From: Candidatus Thorarchaeota archaeon
Lineage (GTDB): Archaea; Asgardarchaeota; Thorarchaeia; Thorarchaeales; Thorarchaeaceae
Assembly: GCA_016839605.1 (NCBI GenBank)
Contig: JAEOTX010000223.1
Span: 1-10,970 of the forward strand
Length of the DNA stretch: 10,970 nt
Direction of reading: 5' to 3'
A model generated the notes under the pieces. It was not told the origin of the DNA. It did not search any database and was given only the letters and a program-made list of their open reading frames with translations. This document shows positions 6,574 to 10,970 of this stretch, piece by piece. The position numbers and the translations under genes were made by a program. Position 1 is the stretch's first letter; each line of letters starts with the position of its first letter.

Positions 6574-8286
6574 ATGTTTCGACCAAGCATGCTCCTCAAA
6601 TGGCTACCACTTCGTCTCGTATGGGGTGCTGTCGCTTGGGGTATAATCACTCTTCTGATGATGATGACCCTCCCATGGGCAATCCTCAGTCTGGTGCTAA
6701 GCCTGGGAGTTCTACTCATGTTTGCCAGCGGATTTCGCCCTGGTGAAATGGAAGATATGCTAGCCGGACTTAGAATGCCATTGACTTGTTTCGGTCTAAT
6801 GATCGTGCTCTTGATGCCAATGTTCTCAGGTCTAATTGGTTGGACCTCTGATGTTGCGAATGCAGAGTATTTCGACGATATGATAGCAGAAACTGACGAG
6901 CCACTATTCAATTCCTCTATTCCCGATGAGATGGTCAGACTAGTGACTGAGGAATATGCCGAATACGTGGCTAATCAGCATATTTCACCCTTTGGCTCCA
7001 ACGTGATGGTTTCAGCTGCGCACATAACAACGCGAAACGGGCGGTTGGTCTGGGTGTGTACGATAGTATCAACGAATGTGCTAGCTGAGAATTTCGTCAA
7101 GGGCTTCATCGTAGTGGATGCAAATGATCCTCAGGCCACTGAGCCGGAGGTCATTACTGATACAACGATTCCTGTTGGCGAAGGCCTGTGGTGGGACAAA
7201 GACATCAGATTTGGCAACTACCTCAATGACATGACTGCTGCTTACCAATACGCATACCCCACATGGGATCCTGCTGATAACTTGGTCTATGTTCAGACGA
7301 GGACTCCTCTAGAATTCGACTTCGTTGAGAAGGCAATTGGACCAATTGTCTACGCCGAGAATGGTTCGATTGTTGCGTACCCTACAATAGCCGGTACGCC
7401 ATCGTGGATCACACAGGCTTATGCAGAAGAATGGCTTGAGAGAGAGGTCACGAGATGGGGAGGCTACCGGAGAGGTGAAGGATTCGACCTCTTTGCTGGT
7501 GGACTTCTTTGGTTTATACCGCCTTCGGGCGATCGACTGGAGATGACGGAAGACACTCGGTATATAGTGAATCCAGACTCAAGCAGAGTGGAGGCGTTTA
7601 TTGCAGTGCATCCAGTCACCAACGACAGAGCCCTTGCAGGTGTATTTCGTGCGACACTGGACACTGTCTATTACCATGACCTTAGTGGATTTGGCTACGT
7701 CAGTGGAGATGCAGCGGCCTCCAACGTAGTTAGTCAGTTTGCACCTCCAGCATCAGGATTCTATTACGGAGCTATGCCGCTCCTCTATCCAGTTCAGGTC
7801 ACGCCAACTGAAACAATATGGACCTGGTATACACCCATCTACTGGGCGGACGGATGGTATGACTCGGATATTGATGAGTATGTACTCTCCGACATGCGGC
7901 TCCATGCACTTGCCTTGGTGGATGCATCCAATATTGACAAGTACCACATCGAAGAGCTGGGAGGAACACAGTCAGGCGCAACCCTTGTGCAGACAACCAG
8001 AGCAGGATATGTTGCTTTGTTCGGAGGTTCCATTGAGCCAGAACTGGAAGACACATTCGAACTGACTGCGACTGTGACGAACATAACATCCTTCGTCTAT
8101 GATGGGGATACTCACATAGTACTTGGAACTGACAACGCTACGTATCCATACATCGAAGGGACAAAGGATTGGATGAATCTCACTGACTGGTACACTCTCC
8201 TGAACATAGGTGTGAGTGATAGTTTCACTGCGACGATACAACAGGTTGAAGACCAGTACCAAATCGTTGCACTGGTGAAGAATTAA
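6574..8286 (+). CDS. Membrane-anchored protein with ~3 N-terminal TM helices and a large acidic extracellular domain
   Basis: ORF open from 6505. ATG 6574 is favoured because 6515-6541 is AT-rich and promoter-like. Hydrophobic N-terminus, then a D/E/T/Y/W-rich, Lys-poor domain with sequons NSS, NGS, NIT, NAT, NLT. Confidence 0.85.
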   Translation: MFRPSMLLKWLPLRLVWGAVAWGIITLLMMMTLPWAILSLVLSLGVLLMFASGFRPGEMEDMLAGLRMPLTCFGLMIVLLMPMFSGLIGWTSDVANAEYFDDMIAETDEPLFNSSIPDEMVRLVTEEYAEYVANQHISPFGSNVMVSAAHITTRNGRLVWVCTIVSTNVLAENFVKGFIVVDANDPQATEPEVITDTTIPVGEGLWWDKDIRFGNYLNDMTAAYQYAYPTWDPADNLVYVQTRTPLEFDFVEKAIGPIVYAENGSIVAYPTIAGTPSWITQAYAEEWLEREVTRWGGYRRGEGFDLFAGGLLWFIPPSGDRLEMTEDTRYIVNPDSSRVEAFIAVHPVTNDRALAGVFRATLDTVYYHDLSGFGYVSGDAAASNVVSQFAPPASGFYYGAMPLLYPVQVTPTETIWTWYTPIYWADGWYDSDIDEYVLSDMRLHALALVDASNIDKYHIEELGGTQSGATLVQTTRAGYVALFGGSIEPELEDTFELTATVTNITSFVYDGDTHIVLGTDNATYPYIEGTKDWMNLTDWYTLLNIGVSDSFTATIQQVEDQYQIVALVKN

Positions 8287-8290
8287 CTTG

Positions 8291-8323
8291 AGAGGGGGCT
8301 AGCCCCCCTCTTTCTCTTCTTTT
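8291..8323 (+). terminator. Hairpin + pyrimidine tract between convergent genes
   Basis: AGAGGGGG (8291-8298) / CCCCCTCT (8304-8311) perfect 8-bp stem with a 5-nt loop, followed by TTCTCTTCTTTT. Confidence 0.7.
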
Positions 8324-8329
8324 GATACC

Positions 8330-8884
8330 TCAGCTTCCACCGCTCATTCTCTGTTTCAGGGCTGCATACTTTCCCTTAATTGAACCCCATATGCGGCTCT
8401 TTCTAGACTTGGTGGCAGTAGTGTGAATAGGACACATATCACCAAGTGTACATCGATCTTCAAATCCACCATAGTCATGCATTGCTTCAGGGAGCGCGTT
8501 GTTCAAAAGCTCTCTCTCAAACGCCTCCATCAAGTCTGAGCTGATGTAATCCCAATCAGCATCTCTGAATTGCTCAGCAGCCAGGGCTTTTGAAACCGCG
8601 TCAAACACCTCTTTTGCTACATCTGGCGCTTCTTCAGAAAGGCCGATAACAACGGAATGGCCACCAGGTGTTGTTTTTGAGAACTTCATCTCAGTTTCCC
8701 CCATCTTCACAGACTGCAAAGACATCCCAGACGAGAGTGTGAGAGGTATGGTCTCGATAGCTGACAGAAATCCAGTGAGCAGTTCTGGCTGTTTGAAAGC
8801 TGTTTTGCAGAATGTGCCATAGCACTTGCTATAGATGGGCAATCCCGATTGAGTGTAGATAAGGAGATACTCCAGCGCTGGCAA
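8330..8884 (-). CDS. Longin-like domain protein with Cys-rich and basic C-terminal extensions
   Basis: Pattern of Asgard longin-type domains: LLIYTQSGLPIYSK (beta hairpin), PELLTGFLSAI (helix), LQSVKMGETEMKF and VVIGL (strands), two further helices. TTG start with GGAGGT 10 nt upstream. The CDS is secure; the fold call is pattern recognition. Confidence 0.72.
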   Translation of the reverse strand: MPALEYLLIYTQSGLPIYSKCYGTFCKTAFKQPELLTGFLSAIETIPLTLSSGMSLQSVKMGETEMKFSKTTPGGHSVVIGLSEEAPDVAKEVFDAVSKALAAEQFRDADWDYISSDLMEAFERELLNNALPEAMHDYGGFEDRCTLGDMCPIHTTATKSRKSRIWGSIKGKYAALKQRMSGGS

Positions 8885-8894
8885 TGTTCCTTAG

Positions 8895-8900
8895 ACCTCC
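8895..8900 (-). promoter_or_regulatory. Shine-Dalgarno site GGAGGT
   Basis: + strand ACCTCC at 8895-8900, 10 nt upstream of TTG 8884. Confidence 0.65.
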
Positions 8901-8971
8901 AGTCTATCGAGCTGCGTCAATGCGTGTCTTCTCAGAAATACTTTGTGACTTTGCGTGGCTGAAGATGCATC

Positions 8972-8990
8972 AGGGGGTAATGAACCCCCT
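8972..8990 (-). terminator. Hairpin just after the acyl-CoA dehydrogenase stop
   Basis: AGGGGGT / ACCCCCT perfect 7-bp stem with a 5-nt loop, 7 nt past the stop; no adjacent U tract. Confidence 0.45.
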
Positions 8991-8997
8991 CGATAAT

Positions 8998-10176
8998 TCA
9001 TAGCTTGTTTAGCTTATCGAACTCCTTGAAGACTTCTCTTTGTATCAGAAATCGGAGGATCTCAGCAGTACCTCCGCCAATTGTCATGAGTCGAGCATCC
9101 CTGAAGAATCGTTCAATGGGGTAGTCGGTTGTGTAACCCGCACCTCCTAGTATCTGTATAGCTTCGTTTGTTATCTCGATTGCTGACTCTGTCGTAAAGA
9201 GCTTCGCAATCGATGCGAGCTTGGTTATGTTCTCCCCCCTGTCATAAGCACGTGCAGCGGTAAGAGTCAGAGCGCGACCAGCCTCCAGTTTCATTGCCAT
9301 GTCGGAAATCTTGAAACTCACTCCTTCAAATGCCCGAATCGGTCTTCCGAACTGCTCCCTCTCGTTGGAATACTTTACAGCGATTTCGTAAGGTGTTCTT
9401 GCATATCCAATAGATTCGGCTGCAATCGCGGTCCTCTCACTATCTAATTCATCCATTAGGATATGGAACCCTTGACCTGGTTCTCCAAGCAGCATATCAT
9501 CAGGAACTCTCACATCTTCAAACTTCAGCCAAGAAACTCTAGCAGACTTCATTCCCAACAGATCATGATCTTGCACAACTGAAAACCCATCACTCTTTGT
9601 GTCGACTATGAATGCGCTCATCCCATTCTTGGACTTGACACTGGGATCTGTGATTGCAAACGCGCACATGTAGTCGGAAACGCTGCCATTAGTAATGAAC
9701 TTCTTCTCACCATTCAAAACCCATTCGTCGCCGTCCTTTTCAGCCCTGGTCTTCATCCCGGCGGTATCTGAACCCACATCAGGCTCTGTTATGCCGATGC
9801 AGCCAATCTTCTCCCCCTTGATGATGGGGGTCAGGTACTTCTTCTTCTGTTCCTTTGTTCCAAATTTGCTGACTGGCATACCATAAAGAGTAGCAGATGC
9901 CATGCGGGCCATATCGAGACCTCCATTGACTGCGCTAATCTCCTCGGCCACAATAATCTCATAGGAAAGCCCCCTCTCAGTTCCTCCAACAGACTTCTCA
10001 TGGTGCACACCCATATATCCAGCTTGGCCAATCTTGTGAATCAGCTCTCTTGGATAGGGGCCTTTGTCAATCTCGTCTGCGATGGGGGCAATCTCCCTTT
10101 GACAAAAAGCTCGAACTTCCTTTCGAAATGCAAGCTCTTCATCTGTCCAAAGTGTACTGCTAAGATAATCAGTCAT
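8998..10176 (-). CDS. Acyl-CoA dehydrogenase (IVD/LCAD-type catalytic Glu position)
   Basis: ITEPDVGSD, WVLNGEKKFITNG, REQFGRPI, QILGGAGYTTDYPIERFFRDARLMTIGGGTAEI. ATG 10176 (MTDYL) gives a typical ~392 aa length; GTG 10245 is the longest alternative. Confidence 0.95.
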   Translation of the reverse strand: MTDYLSSTLWTDEELAFRKEVRAFCQREIAPIADEIDKGPYPRELIHKIGQAGYMGVHHEKSVGGTERGLSYEIIVAEEISAVNGGLDMARMASATLYGMPVSKFGTKEQKKKYLTPIIKGEKIGCIGITEPDVGSDTAGMKTRAEKDGDEWVLNGEKKFITNGSVSDYMCAFAITDPSVKSKNGMSAFIVDTKSDGFSVVQDHDLLGMKSARVSWLKFEDVRVPDDMLLGEPGQGFHILMDELDSERTAIAAESIGYARTPYEIAVKYSNEREQFGRPIRAFEGVSFKISDMAMKLEAGRALTLTAARAYDRGENITKLASIAKLFTTESAIEITNEAIQILGGAGYTTDYPIERFFRDARLMTIGGGTAEILRFLIQREVFKEFDKLNKL

Positions 10177-10241
10177 AGTCGAAACCCGAATGGATTGTGA
10201 AGAGAACTTGCTTAAATCACTAACTGGATAGGAAATGTTTC

Positions 10242-10565
10242 TCACAAAACGACCTGAAACTGGAGCCTATCTTCAGGGTCGAGTGAGAGGTCAACACGGT
10301 CCCCAATCTTTGGCAAGGAGGTATCCTGTTCCTTTGCATGACATAGGACCACCGCTTTATGTTCGAGTTCAACAAGAGCCATTGTCAACGGCGGACTAAA
10401 TCCCTCAGGAGGCATTTGGAGAGTAGTGAAACTAACAATTGTTCCCTGACCTTTCAGTTCCAAGGAAACCATATGTCCTACTCTTTTCCCACAATATGGA
10501 CAAGTATCGCGAGGAGGAACAATGGCTCGTTCACACGTCTTACAACGTGAGGCCTGTATCTTCAA
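10242..10565 (-). CDS. DUF35-family Zn-ribbon/OB-fold protein
   Basis: CKTC...PPRDTCPYCG zinc ribbon, then GTIVSFTT...PEGF...ALVELE...IGDRV OB fold. Confidence 0.9.
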   Translation of the reverse strand: MKIQASRCKTCERAIVPPRDTCPYCGKRVGHMVSLELKGQGTIVSFTTLQMPPEGFSPPLTMALVELEHKAVVLCHAKEQDTSLPKIGDRVDLSLDPEDRLQFQVVL

Positions 10566-10566
10566 C

Positions 10567-10589
10567 TCAGTTTCACATGAAGAAACTGA
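10567..10589. repeat. Perfect 8-7-8 inverted repeat at the DUF35 start
   Basis: TCAGTTTC (10567-10574) acatgaa GAAACTGA (10582-10589), 1 nt upstream of the TTG start at 10565. Confidence 0.6.
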
Positions 10590-10618
10590 ATCATGTCAGT
10601 GAAAAGGTTTCTGTCAAT

Positions 10619-10960
10619 CTACTTCGGAGTCTTTGTCTTCAAAGTGTTCAGGACAGGTTTGATGTGTCTCTTCAGGAAAGTTCTGAACTTGGGATCGTCT
10701 GTAAGATGGATGGTACTCTTATTCGTGAGGTTCTCAATACTCCCTTCAACTTCAATTGCCTCACCCAAATCAACCAAGTCTGTCTGGAAGACTTTGTGGA
10801 TGGCATGTGGAGAGAAACCTTCCTTTCTGTAGACTGGGAGTATCTGTGCTTTGGTTCCACTTCCCCCCAATTTTAGTAGAGACAAAAGCATCAACCAGTG
10901 ATGCCAAGCATTTGCGTAGTTCTCGAGAAATTGCATTACTTCTTCTATTGATTTGACCAA
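10619..10960 (-). CDS. Hypothetical protein, possible winged helix-turn-helix
   Basis: 113 aa. LMLLSLLKLGGSGTKAQILPVY resembles the helix-GG-beta-helix start of wHTH domains; basic C-terminal helix. The frame is open to the window edge, so the start could lie further upstream. Confidence 0.65.
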   Translation of the reverse strand: MVKSIEEVMQFLENYANAWHHWLMLLSLLKLGGSGTKAQILPVYRKEGFSPHAIHKVFQTDLVDLGEAIEVEGSIENLTNKSTIHLTDDPKFRTFLKRHIKPVLNTLKTKTPK

Positions 10961-10970
10961 GCTATCTTCC

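Noticed and set aside
8330-8345. Ubiquitin-like C-terminal di-glycine (SGGS) on the longin-like protein
   Set aside because: GG is not terminal, there is no beta-grasp pattern, and no E1/JAB genes are nearby.
849-8998. Selenocysteine read-through at TGA stops, with the hairpins as SECIS elements
   Set aside because: TGA codons fall at the expected family C-termini, not at Cys-equivalent positions; most read-through frames close quickly; the hairpins are too short for SECIS.
1-10970. tRNA, rRNA, CRISPR array, transposase/integrase or defence genes
   Set aside because: Intergenic gaps are all short (about 150 bp or less), with no cloverleaf, repeat-spacer periodicity or recombinase/nuclease motifs seen.

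Overview
Gene-dense (~48% GC by eye) archaeal housekeeping/metabolic window with 14 protein-coding genes and no recognisable RNA gene, CRISPR array or mobile element. Archaeal GGTGA/GGAGG ribosome-binding sites, archaeal-type LeuC/D, a DUF35 protein and a stand-alone longin-like protein suggest an Asgard archaeon, possibly Thorarchaeota (inference). Order: two tandem paralogous Gly-rich membrane proteins, a soluble TPR protein and a membrane-anchored TPR-like protein (+); an FAH-family enzyme (-) divergent from a coupled operon of a Cys4 small protein, a LeuB-family dehydrogenase and LeuC/LeuD-family hydratase subunits, with no LeuA-type synthase in the window (+); a large acidic membrane-anchored surface protein (+); then on the - strand, in transcription order, a probable winged-helix protein, DUF35, an IVD/LCAD-type acyl-CoA dehydrogenase and a longin-like protein. 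The most interesting candidates are (1) the longin-like protein with an added 4-Cys metal site and a basic amphipathic tail and (2) the FAH + Cys4 + LeuBCD-like cluster, which may be a dicarboxylate-processing pathway rather than leucine synthesis. All family assignments come from motif recognition by eye; no searches were run.
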